Shown here piece by piece: positions 45,637 through 54,629 of a stretch of DNA of 64,000 nt. The translations under genes and the position numbers were made by a program. Positions within the stretch are counted from its first letter, which is position 1, and each line of letters opens with the position of its first letter. The notes under the pieces were generated by a model, which saw only the letters and a list, made by a program, of their open reading frames with translations, was not told the DNA's origin and searched no databases. Source of the stretch: Candidatus Obscuribacteraceae bacterium (GTDB lineage: Bacteria > Cyanobacteriota > Vampirovibrionia > Obscuribacterales > Obscuribacteraceae); NCBI GenBank assembly GCA_044229845.1, contig JBGASG010000001.1:576001-640000 (forward strand), read 5' to 3'.

Positions 45637-47187
45637 GTGGCAATTATGAACTGCATCAGCAATGGTAAACGCGTATTCCCCAATCTTCTGCTAGTAGCAT
45701 TGGGTGCGTTGAGTGCGAGCTTTGCGCTTGCGCTCAGTCCGGCCGCATTAGCCGATGAGGCTGCTGCTCCTGCCGCGGCTGCCGGTGAGGCGACGGCTAA
45801 AAAGAGTTCACCGCCTGCGGTGCCTGAACCACGGGACTTCAAGATGCCGGCGGTGGAAGAGTATCAACTTCCCAACGGGATGAATGTGCAGCTGGTGCCC
45901 GACCGTCGCACTCCGTTCGTGACTTTCGGCATGGGCATCAAGTCGGGTGCTGCGCTGGAGCCTCGCGAAAAGCGCGGACTGGCTGACGTCACGGCCGGCA
46001 TGATTTCGGAAGGCACCAAGACGCGCACCAGTAAGCAGATCGCCGAGGAAGTAGATTTCATCGGTGGTGGCTTGAGTGCCGGTTCTGATGCGGACTTCAC
46101 GCTGGTTTCCGGCTCCAGCCTGTCGCAATACAAAGACCGTCTGTTTGCCGTGCTTGCCGACGTCGTGCTCAATCCGATTTTTCCGGAAGATGAGCTGAAG
46201 CTGCAGAAAACCAATATTACGCAGAGCATCATCAACCGCCGCAGCGATCCGGGATTCCTCGGCGATGAGCGCTTCGCCAAGGTGGTTTATGGCGAGCATC
46301 CCTACTCGGTGTCTCTGCCGACGGCCGAAAACATCGCGGCGATTCAGAGAGAAGACGTGGTCAACTGGCACAAGCAACATTTTCTGCCGAACGAAAGTTA
46401 CCTGGTTGTGGTTGGTGACTTCAAGGTGCCTGAGATGAAGGCGCTGATCGACAAGGCTTTTGAGAGTTGGAAGCCTGGTAAGTTGAATGAGTTGGCAGAA
46501 GGCCAGTTGCCTAAGTTGACCGGGCAGCGCATCTATCTGGTGGATCGTCCCGGTTCTGTGCAATCCACTATTAAGGTTGGCAATCTCGGAATCAAGCGCA
46601 CTGACCCTGACTATTTCCCTGTGCTGGTGGCGAACCAGATTCTAGGTGGTGGGGGCAATGCGCGTTTGTTTCTCAACCTGCGTGAACAAAAAGGTTATAC
46701 CTACGGAGCGTACAGCCACTTCAGCCCGCATCGCGATGCCGGCTCGTTTGCTGCCGAAGCAGATGTGCGCAGCGAAGTCACCGGACCGGCTCTAAAAGAG
46801 TTGCTGGCTGAACTTGGCAAAATGCGCGACGGCGAGGTGTCGGATAAAGAGCTGCGTGAGTCTAAGAACTATATAGTCGGCTCGTACCAGCTCGGTCTGG
46901 AGACTCAGGGCAGCATTGCTCAACGGCTCTTAGACGCCAAGCTGTTCGGATTGCCCAAAGATTATTTGGAAAAATACTCGCAAAACGTGATGGCGGTGAC
47001 CGCTGCCGACGTGCACCGGGTTGCTCGCAGCCACATGGACCTCGACAACATCACCATCACGGTGGTCGGTGATGCCGCCAAGGTGAGGAACGACCTGACG
47101 CCGTTTGGACCGATCGAGCTGTATGACATCCAGGGTAAGGTCGTGACTACCCCGTCACAGGACAAGCGTGGCGACGCTGGCGGATAA
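45637..47187 (+). CDS. M16 peptidase, non-catalytic partner subunit
   Basis: No HXXEH; RLFLNLREQKGYTYG R/Y motif; adjacent to the catalytic subunit. Confidence 0.88.
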   Translation: MAIMNCISNGKRVFPNLLLVALGALSASFALALSPAALADEAAAPAAAAGEATAKKSSPPAVPEPRDFKMPAVEEYQLPNGMNVQLVPDRRTPFVTFGMGIKSGAALEPREKRGLADVTAGMISEGTKTRTSKQIAEEVDFIGGGLSAGSDADFTLVSGSSLSQYKDRLFAVLADVVLNPIFPEDELKLQKTNITQSIINRRSDPGFLGDERFAKVVYGEHPYSVSLPTAENIAAIQREDVVNWHKQHFLPNESYLVVVGDFKVPEMKALIDKAFESWKPGKLNELAEGQLPKLTGQRIYLVDRPGSVQSTIKVGNLGIKRTDPDYFPVLVANQILGGGGNARLFLNLREQKGYTYGAYSHFSPHRDAGSFAAEADVRSEVTGPALKELLAELGKMRDGEVSDKELRESKNYIVGSYQLGLETQGSIAQRLLDAKLFGLPKDYLEKYSQNVMAVTAADVHRVARSHMDLDNITITVVGDAAKVRNDLTPFGPIELYDIQGKVVTTPSQDKRGDAGG

Positions 47188-47290
47188 AGTGATCATTTTC
47201 GAGTTTTTCGAGTCCGGGGCTTGAGTTTTTTCGCCTCTGGGTAGCTTAATTAATAGGCCACACGGCGGTCGGCGCTGAGAAGAAAACTCG

Positions 47291-48139
47291 ATGTTCACAG
47301 TCTTTGAAGGTCAAATCACTTACGCAGGCAATCTTTCCGAAGCATTGCGCATGATCCTGCATTGCAAGCAGATCAAGGAAGGTGTGCTGCGCATCACATC
47401 CGATTCTGCCACCGGTATGATCGGCGTTTTTCTTGGACGCTACATCACCGGTGCCGTCACTATCATTGATGGCGATGTGCGCACCGACGCCATCAGTCGC
47501 CTGTTATTCGTCAAGGACGGCACCTTTGCATTTCTCGATGCGGTCGATGAACCCTTGCAGGAATTGAAGCAAGGACTGGCCATCGAGTTGGAAGCCGTCA
47601 TCGATGCTCTGGAAGAAACTTCAGGAGATCTGCCGCTTTCGCCGGATTCGCTGATTACCATGGGCGGTGCCTCGTCGGATACGATGCGCGTCATCGACAC
47701 GGAAGTGGAAGTACAGGGCGAGCCGCCGGAGGCGCAAATGCGTCGCGCGCGTGCCACCTATCAGCGCCTGGTCACAGTTTCAGAGAAAGAACGCCAGGAG
47801 CGGGAAGAACGTGAACGCGCCAACCCGGTGGAATCGGATCAGCCCAAGTCGACCTTCTATGTTACTGACTACGGTCGCGATCATATTCAAAGTCTTCTGG
47901 AAATGAAGAGCATGGCGACGCAAGAAAAACTGATCAACACGTTGCCGACCCGGCAAGAACGCATTGCCAGGGAAGACTTCGATGCACGTCCGCCGGCTCC
48001 GCCTTCGCACAAGCGCCAGCAATACAAGCGTCTGGCCAAGTGGCAAGAAGATGCGCGCATCCTGACCATTATCTTCTGGGGCGTTTTCCTGCTGATCGTT
48101 GCCGGTGCCATGTGGTGGTACCGCGACAAGTTGTTCTAG
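47291..48139 (+). CDS. DUF4388/PATAN-like domain protein with C-terminal TM
   Basis: G.LSEAL..I......GVLRI.....G.I....G.I..A...G.FAF N-domain; hydrophobic C-terminus. Confidence 0.6.
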   Translation: MFTVFEGQITYAGNLSEALRMILHCKQIKEGVLRITSDSATGMIGVFLGRYITGAVTIIDGDVRTDAISRLLFVKDGTFAFLDAVDEPLQELKQGLAIELEAVIDALEETSGDLPLSPDSLITMGGASSDTMRVIDTEVEVQGEPPEAQMRRARATYQRLVTVSEKERQEREERERANPVESDQPKSTFYVTDYGRDHIQSLLEMKSMATQEKLINTLPTRQERIAREDFDARPPAPPSHKRQQYKRLAKWQEDARILTIIFWGVFLLIVAGAMWWYRDKLF

Positions 48140-48160
48140 ATTTGATCTGAGAGTCTGCGT

Positions 48161-48625
48161 TTATTCTGCCGCGTAATACGGCTTGGCGCCGAATTGCGTC
48201 ATCAGCTGATCGTCGAGTACGTCGGCGCAGGCTGAGACGTTCCAGATCATGTCGTTGAGCTCTTCCTGATCAAGTCCAAGAATGGGACGCTGCGCACTTA
48301 CCAGCACCACTTCTTCGTAGGAGGCGATGCAGCAAACCGAAAGGTCTCGATTGATCTCCAGAAGCGTACGGAAGAAACGTTCGTTGTGTTCCGGCGGGAA
48401 GTGGCAGACGGGCGCATTTACACGAATGACGTGTCCGCGTTCTTCTTCCTGCAGGAAGATATACACTTTGGCGCTGCCTTCCATGATCCACCAGCCGTAG
48501 CCGTCGCACTCCGGCAGCTGGTGATCGTCTATTTCGAATCCCCGCCGTTTGTAATAAGACGCGATCATTTTGTAGGTTTCGTCGACCGAAACTCGTTTGG
48601 CTTGTTTGGTGCCGAAAATTCCCAT
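48161..48625 (-). CDS. YbjN/CesT (type III chaperone-like fold) protein
   Basis: W...GSA.VYI, FFRTLLEIN, RPILGLD.EEL...I..V...AD.LDD.L...FG. Confidence 0.7.
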   Translation of the reverse strand: MGIFGTKQAKRVSVDETYKMIASYYKRRGFEIDDHQLPECDGYGWWIMEGSAKVYIFLQEEERGHVIRVNAPVCHFPPEHNERFFRTLLEINRDLSVCCIASYEEVVLVSAQRPILGLDQEELNDMIWNVSACADVLDDQLMTQFGAKPYYAAE

Positions 48626-48646
48626 ACCTTTCTGAATGCTCTCCTG

Positions 48647-50200
48647 TTAGACAGGGTAGACGCCGTGTTTCTTCTTGAACGAAGTTACTTCCTTGCCGGC
48701 ATAGGCATTGAAGCGATTGATCAGTTCTTGCCGCAGGCTGCTACCAGATACGATACCATCGATAACCAGCTCGGAAGCCAGTCTGTAGATATCCACGTCT
48801 TGCTTGTATTCGGTGCGTTTTTGTTCTACGAAAGCGGCGCGTTCCGACTCCGGAAGCTCCATGATCTTGTTGTAGAACACGGCATTGACTGCTGCTTCGG
48901 GACCCATGACGGCGATGCACGCGCTCGGCAGAGCCAGGCACGCATCAGGTTCGAAAGCCGGTCCGCACATGGCATAAAGCCCGGCGCCGTAAGCCTTGCG
49001 CAGCACTACCGAGATCTTCGGCACATCGGCTCCCGACATGGCGGAGATCATTTTGGCGCCGGAGCGGATGATGCCGGCGCGTTCCACTTTGGTGCCGATC
49101 ATGAAACCTGGAACATCGGCCAGAAACAGAAGCGGAATGTTGAAGGCATCACAAAGCCACATAAAACGCGCGCCTTTATCGGCTGAGTCGACGAAGAGAA
49201 CGCCGCCTTTGACTTTTGGTTGATTGGCGAGAATGCCTACCGCTCGTCCGCCGATTCGGGCAAAACCGGTAACTAACTCGGCTGCGAACAGTTTCTTGAT
49301 TTCAAAGAACGAACCGGCATCAACGATGCGATCGATGACCTGGCAGACATCGAAAGGTACATTTTCCTGTGCCGGAATCAGCTCTTCGATAGACTTCTCG
49401 TGCGCCACCGGTTCGACGCTGGGCAACATGGGCGGTTGTTGCTCGCAGTTGGGCGGCATGAAACGCAGGTAGTCCTTGCAGAGCCTGATTGCCTCTTCTT
49501 CGGACCTGACGAGAATGTCGCCGCAGCCGCTGACTGAGCAGTGCATTTTGGCGCCGCCCATTTCTTCCAGGGTGACTTTCTCGCCGATAACCATTTCAGC
49601 CATGCGCGGTGAGCCGAGATACATGGAGGCGCGGCCTTCGTTCATGATCACGATGTCGCAGAATGCTGGAATGTAGGCGCCACCGGCGGCTGACGGTCCG
49701 AACAGCAGGCAGACCTGCGGGATATAACCGGACAGTTGTACCTGGTTGTAGAAGATTTTGCCGGCGCCGCGACGTCCCGGAAACATCTCGATTTGATCGG
49801 TGATGCGGGCGCCTGCCGAGTCGACCAGATAGAGCATAGGAACGCGCAGCTTGGCGGCGGTTTCTTGAATGCGAATAATCTTCTCGACTGTGCGCCAACC
49901 CCAGGAGCCGGCTTTGACCGTCGAGTCATTAGCCATGAAACAGACTGTGCGCCCTTCGATTTGACCGACGCCGGTGACCACTCCGTCAGCAGGCAGTTCT
50001 TTGTCAAGGCAGTTGGCAAACTGGGCATCTTCGATTTCAAAGCCAGGATCGAGCAAAAGCCGTAATCTCTCGCGCACGAAGAGCTTCTCTTCCTGCTTGA
50101 GTTTTTCGTGGTACTTGGGAGCGCCGCCCTGTTTTATAGTGTCTGAGCGCCTTTTGAGGTCGGCTGTGCGTTCGTCTTTCGGCTTCAATTCAGTTGCCAT
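48647..50200 (-). CDS. Acyl-CoA carboxylase carboxyltransferase (beta) subunit
   Basis: PADGVVTG, VDSAGARI, SAAGGAY, LGGA-like EMGGAKMH, ADVPGFMIG, RKAYGAG, KKHG. Confidence 0.92.
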   Translation of the reverse strand: MATELKPKDERTADLKRRSDTIKQGGAPKYHEKLKQEEKLFVRERLRLLLDPGFEIEDAQFANCLDKELPADGVVTGVGQIEGRTVCFMANDSTVKAGSWGWRTVEKIIRIQETAAKLRVPMLYLVDSAGARITDQIEMFPGRRGAGKIFYNQVQLSGYIPQVCLLFGPSAAGGAYIPAFCDIVIMNEGRASMYLGSPRMAEMVIGEKVTLEEMGGAKMHCSVSGCGDILVRSEEEAIRLCKDYLRFMPPNCEQQPPMLPSVEPVAHEKSIEELIPAQENVPFDVCQVIDRIVDAGSFFEIKKLFAAELVTGFARIGGRAVGILANQPKVKGGVLFVDSADKGARFMWLCDAFNIPLLFLADVPGFMIGTKVERAGIIRSGAKMISAMSGADVPKISVVLRKAYGAGLYAMCGPAFEPDACLALPSACIAVMGPEAAVNAVFYNKIMELPESERAAFVEQKRTEYKQDVDIYRLASELVIDGIVSGSSLRQELINRFNAYAGKEVTSFKKKHGVYPV

Positions 50201-50500
50201 CTCCGTTTCCTTCTACCTTATGAACCGGCAAAGACCAAATTTTACCTGCCCGGATGAGCAGAGGCGGTCATCTTAACCATTTCATATGGCTAATTTGCCC
50301 AGAGGCTCAGCAATGGGGGCTGCCAGTGGGCGCGCTATCGCGGGAACCGGCAGCTTTCGATTTACGTCTTTGCAAGCGTCGCGTTGCAGGTAAAACAAAC
50401 TTCTCGATACAAGTGGCACCAATGGCGGTATCATTGCCTTAACCCTTCGTGTGCACAGATTGCCTTATCTCGCAAGCAAATTCCATCGCTGGATAAACAA

Positions 50501-50770
50501 ATGAATCAAGAGCATGACAGTCAACTGGTATCGACGAGCACCCAGTGCGCAGCCTTGCTGGGGGGTGCTGAGGGCAGCGATGAGCAGCGTTATCTGCGCT
50601 GGTGGGAGAAACGGTGCGGCGGAGTTGATGAACCGAGCAGCTTTTTTGAATTGCTCTACAACGAAACGGAAATTATTGTCAATGCTGCCCGGTACGTCGT
50701 CGACGGCCGGGAGTGGACTCCGGAATACGAAATAGACGAGCGATATGCCTGCAAGCGGCTAGGCGCCTGA
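50501..50770 (+). CDS. Small hypothetical protein
   Basis: ATG 50501 after GGA; 89 aa; no family recognised. Confidence 0.4.
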   Translation: MNQEHDSQLVSTSTQCAALLGGAEGSDEQRYLRWWEKRCGGVDEPSSFFELLYNETEIIVNAARYVVDGREWTPEYEIDERYACKRLGA

Positions 50771-50857
50771 CTCTTTCAATGTGTAAACCGAGCGACTGCG
50801 GTATGCTTGTTCCGTAGTTTGCGCATTGACGTCTATACATGATATTGATTCAGCCAC

Positions 50858-52453
50858 ATGAATGAAGAAACCACCCGGCGCGACTTTCTCCGTCGTCTGA
50901 GCGGAGTTTTGATAGCCGGCGGTGCGCCTCTGGTGTCGGCGATTTCTCAAGGGGCAGAAGCAGCCCCGCCGCCGAGAGGCGGTGCGGGCGTGGGCGCCAA
51001 ATTCAACTACAAACTGGCCCCGTGGACGGGCGATGAGTTTACGCTCGGTCATCGATTGCGCGATAAAGACACACCCAATGCGCCGATTGACGCCGACGAG
51101 CACTACGACTTTGTCATCGTTGGTGGTGGCGTTGCCGGTCTCACCGCCGCCTACTTCTTGCGTGATCACAACGTATTGTTGCTGGAGCAGTATGACGAGC
51201 TGGGCGGTCAATCACGCGGGGCGTCGCATCGCGGCATCAAGTATTCCTATGGCGCCGCCTACGTCGGAGACGTCGAGGGAATTTACGGAGACCTCTACGC
51301 GGAAATCGGCATCAAGCCGGAGATGATTCCACCGCGTAAAAACGGCTGGTACTGGGAGAGTAAGTGGTATCAGGACATTGCCGGCAAAGACACCTGCAAC
51401 CTGTATAAAGAGTTCGCTCGTCTGCAACAGCAGAGCAAGCCGGTCTGGAAAAGCCTGCCGGAAGATCCGTCTCCCGATAACGTCGACACGCAAGCGATGG
51501 CAAAGCTGGACACGCTGCGCTTCATCGATGTCTTAAAAGGTTACAGTCCGCAGTTTCTCGATTTGCTGGACAAGTTCGTCCTTTCCTCCTATTGCGGTGG
51601 ACTTGCTCAGGTATCGGCGCTTTCGGGCTACATGCTGCTGACCGACTTGATCACGCCCAGCTATGTTTTCGAAGGCGGCAATACGGCAATTCCGCGGGCG
51701 CTCGCCGGCAAAATCGAATCCGCCGGCAAAGGCAGGATGTTGCGGGATGCGTTCGTTTGGGAAGTCTCGGTCGGGGACGATCAAGCATCCGTTATCTACA
51801 GTACTAAAAACGGGGTTATGCACCGAGCGCGTTGCGCCCACGTCATTGTCACCGCACCACCCCTGGTGGCAGCGCGGTTTATGAACGGCATCGACGATAA
51901 GTTGAAGGCCTACCTCTTGCAGATGAAGTTTGGTTCGTACCTGGTGGCCAATTGTCTGCTCTCCAAGCGCCTGTTCACCGGCACGTACGACAACTGGGTG
52001 GGAAAGCCTTTCAGCTTTGCCGACATCACCATCGCCGAGACGCCTTACTTGATAAACAAGTCGTACAAAGCGGAAATGGGCTCGGTACTGACCATCTATC
52101 AACCGTATGGAATCGGCTCGCCCGGGCGCGCTCAGCTATACATCGGAGACAGGCAACAGTTTGCTAATTCGATCGTCTCGCAACTATCGACACTGGTAGC
52201 GCATCTGTCCGGCAGCCTGGACGAGGTTGTGCTCAGCCGCTGGGGGCATGCGATGGCGGTGCCCGGGCTGGGATACTGGTCGCGTCTGCGCAAAATACAC
52301 GCCCTTGAGGGAGACGAGCGCTTCAGTCTGGCACATAACAGCATGCAGGGCATGCCGTCGGCCGAGGCCGCGATCACGGCCGCCCGCGTGGCTGCCGATC
52401 GAGCACTGAGCAAGCCAAACAAAGTGTCCACCTTGTTTTTCGATTTAAGGTGA
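50858..52453 (+). CDS. Tat-exported FAD-dependent oxidoreductase (amine oxidase/protoporphyrinogen oxidase-like fold)
   Basis: TRRDFL twin-arginine signal; IVGGGVAGL...LLE...GG; GAAY; RWGHAM. Confidence 0.82.
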   Translation: MNEETTRRDFLRRLSGVLIAGGAPLVSAISQGAEAAPPPRGGAGVGAKFNYKLAPWTGDEFTLGHRLRDKDTPNAPIDADEHYDFVIVGGGVAGLTAAYFLRDHNVLLLEQYDELGGQSRGASHRGIKYSYGAAYVGDVEGIYGDLYAEIGIKPEMIPPRKNGWYWESKWYQDIAGKDTCNLYKEFARLQQQSKPVWKSLPEDPSPDNVDTQAMAKLDTLRFIDVLKGYSPQFLDLLDKFVLSSYCGGLAQVSALSGYMLLTDLITPSYVFEGGNTAIPRALAGKIESAGKGRMLRDAFVWEVSVGDDQASVIYSTKNGVMHRARCAHVIVTAPPLVAARFMNGIDDKLKAYLLQMKFGSYLVANCLLSKRLFTGTYDNWVGKPFSFADITIAETPYLINKSYKAEMGSVLTIYQPYGIGSPGRAQLYIGDRQQFANSIVSQLSTLVAHLSGSLDEVVLSRWGHAMAVPGLGYWSRLRKIHALEGDERFSLAHNSMQGMPSAEAAITAARVAADRALSKPNKVSTLFFDLR

Positions 52454-52555
52454 TCTTTTAGCGCTGCTATCCTGTATGCTTTGCAGCTATTGGTGAAATT
52501 CCTTGAGCATATCGAGAAAGCGCACGCATGTGTGTTTTCCCAGGAGGGTCTTTTC

Positions 52556-52951
52556 ATGCCAGTTTCCACACCAGTTCAACTGAAAACCATCGGTTATGTG
52601 ATTTTGTACGTCAAAGACGCGCAGAAAACCGCCGAATGGTACAAGAACACTCTCGGCACCCCGATCAAATTTGCCGAAGAAGGCTGGGCCGAACTCGAAA
52701 CATCCGGCACCACGCTGGCTTTGCACAGCCACGACAAACTGCCTGCTACCCGCGAAGAAACGCAGGCGATCACCGTCTTCCACGTAGACGATATCAAAGC
52801 AACCTATCAAGCTTTGAAAGACAAAGGCGTCAAGTTCGAAAAAGAGCCGCATGAAGTGTGCGCTCAAGAAGACTTCGTCGGTCTGTCGGCTGACTTCCAG
52901 GATCCGGACGGCAACAAGCTTTCCATCTACGGCAAAGTCTCCAAGAAATAA
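52556..52951 (+). CDS. VOC/glyoxalase family protein
   Basis: AGGAGG RBS; ILYVKD...WY...LG, FHVDDI, FQDPDGNKL. Confidence 0.88.
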   Translation: MPVSTPVQLKTIGYVILYVKDAQKTAEWYKNTLGTPIKFAEEGWAELETSGTTLALHSHDKLPATREETQAITVFHVDDIKATYQALKDKGVKFEKEPHEVCAQEDFVGLSADFQDPDGNKLSIYGKVSKK

Positions 52952-52977
52952 GCAGCCTTTCTAACTGCAATCTCCCG

Positions 52978-53009
52978 CGCGGCACCATTTATGGTGCCGC
53001 GTTGTTTTT
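52978..53009 (+). terminator. Intrinsic terminator
   Basis: CGCGGCACCA-TTTA-TGGTGCCGCG perfect 10-bp stem followed by TTGTTTTT. Confidence 0.75.
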
Positions 53010-53020
53010 GCCTCTGCTTG

Positions 53021-54439
53021 TTATTGTCCAGCGCCCGGTCCGACCGGAAACTCGAAGACAGCGTTGCCGATTGGAATTTTGAGCAGTGCGTTGTTCACTT
53101 TGGTGGCATCGAATTGCAGTGCACCTTCCATCGTTTCTCCCGGCGGCAGCGTGCAATGCACGACAGCCTGCGAGCGGATGTTCTCAGCCGTGCGTTGTGC
53201 GGTGGCGATGGCATCTTGAGCCTTCGCTTCCGCTCTGGCGCGAGCTTCCCAGTCGGGGATAAAGGTGGTCATGGTTGTTGTTTGCGAGCGGTTGTTGTAC
53301 ATGGGTTGATAGTATCCCCACGCATTGCGATAGCCGCCCTGCCATCCAGGTGATTGATACATGGTACTGGTCACCGTCGTGTCGGCGTTGCCCTGGAAGA
53401 AACGAATCATGCTGGCTTTACGTTCCCCCTTTTTCTCGACTGTGCGAGCCAGCTGCTCGCTATCCAGGGTGGAAACGATTTTGACTTGCGGGGTGAGCAC
53501 GACCATAATCGCCGGGCGCGGCAAAACATCGATCGGACCCTGACTGTTATTGGTGATGCGAATTTTTACTTGAGCGGCTTTGCCGACATCTTTGGAGGGT
53601 TCCCAGGACGCCTCGACCAGAATGCCGTTGGCGGTTTGAATTGCCTGGGCACCGGATGCGGTGCGTCCGCAATATGGCGAACCGTTGGCAAACCTGTACA
53701 TGACTGTTTGCATCCAGGTATGGGGAACGAACTGCTGCGATGCAGCACCGGTCGCTGTCTTGTGCTGCAGTGCTTCATTGAATTGTTGTTGCGCTTCCGG
53801 ATACTTACCGCGGCGCACATCAATCATGGCCAGACGTTCTTCAAGATTGGACAGCATCACGTATTGTTCTGGACCGAGCGGCTGCCTGATTTTAATTGCT
53901 TCCAAAAAGTCGGTGGCAGCCGGGTCATAGAGACCCTGCAACTCGTTGATGGCGCCCAGGCTTTCGTAGCTTTCCGCCACCGATGCCGATCCCGGTGCGA
54001 CTTTCTTGCGCATATCCAGGCCCATCTGACAGTAGCTGGTGGCGTCGTTAGGTTTGTTTTGCGTCAGCATCAACCAACCGTAGGCATCGTAAATTCTGGC
54101 CATGGACAGACTGTCCCCGAGTACTTTCGGCGCTTGTCCCATGACGCTCTTAAACTGTTTGGCCGCGCTGCCGAAGTCGCCCTGCCCGATCAGTGCTTCG
54201 CCCAGTCCGCCTCTGGCAATCAATTCCTGGGCGCTGTCTTTTCCTTGCTGCGCTGCGGAGATGGCTTGATTGAATAGACTGGCGGCTTCCGTATAGTTTT
54301 CCATGTCGATGGCCCGCTGACCGGCTTGTACGAGATCGGCGGCGGATGCGGCAAAAACACTCGGCGAAAGACCTACTGTTATTGAGAGCAGCAAGCCAGC
54401 GACGACGGTTGCATTGACCAGGCGGTGAAATGGCAACAT
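53021..54439 (-). CDS. Secreted TPR protein with C-terminal beta domain
   Basis: ATG 54439 after GGAG; signal peptide; kinesin-light-chain-like TPRs (VAESYESLG...QG.Y..A). Confidence 0.75.
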   Translation of the reverse strand: MLPFHRLVNATVVAGLLLSITVGLSPSVFAASAADLVQAGQRAIDMENYTEAASLFNQAISAAQQGKDSAQELIARGGLGEALIGQGDFGSAAKQFKSVMGQAPKVLGDSLSMARIYDAYGWLMLTQNKPNDATSYCQMGLDMRKKVAPGSASVAESYESLGAINELQGLYDPAATDFLEAIKIRQPLGPEQYVMLSNLEERLAMIDVRRGKYPEAQQQFNEALQHKTATGAASQQFVPHTWMQTVMYRFANGSPYCGRTASGAQAIQTANGILVEASWEPSKDVGKAAQVKIRITNNSQGPIDVLPRPAIMVVLTPQVKIVSTLDSEQLARTVEKKGERKASMIRFFQGNADTTVTSTMYQSPGWQGGYRNAWGYYQPMYNNRSQTTTMTTFIPDWEARARAEAKAQDAIATAQRTAENIRSQAVVHCTLPPGETMEGALQFDATKVNNALLKIPIGNAVFEFPVGPGAGQ

Positions 54440-54629
54440 AAGCACTCCAGTGAAGACCGGCAAGAGGTTGAGTTGAAGAGCCTAAGCTTACCAGGCAGCG
54501 CATCAGCCGGGGCGAAAGGTCTCTGCGAATCTCTTTTGTTTCTTGATAACCAGTGCGAAATCGGCAGAACGCAAAACTCCGGCGTATCCGCCGGAGTGAG
54601 CGTCTCCGAAAAACTTGTCTGGTTGGGGC

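Noticed and set aside
50315..50358. GC-rich hairpin GCTGCC...GGCAGC with GGGAA, considered as a cobalamin riboswitch
   Set aside because: No B12-box (GCCACTG/GGAAG) arrangement.
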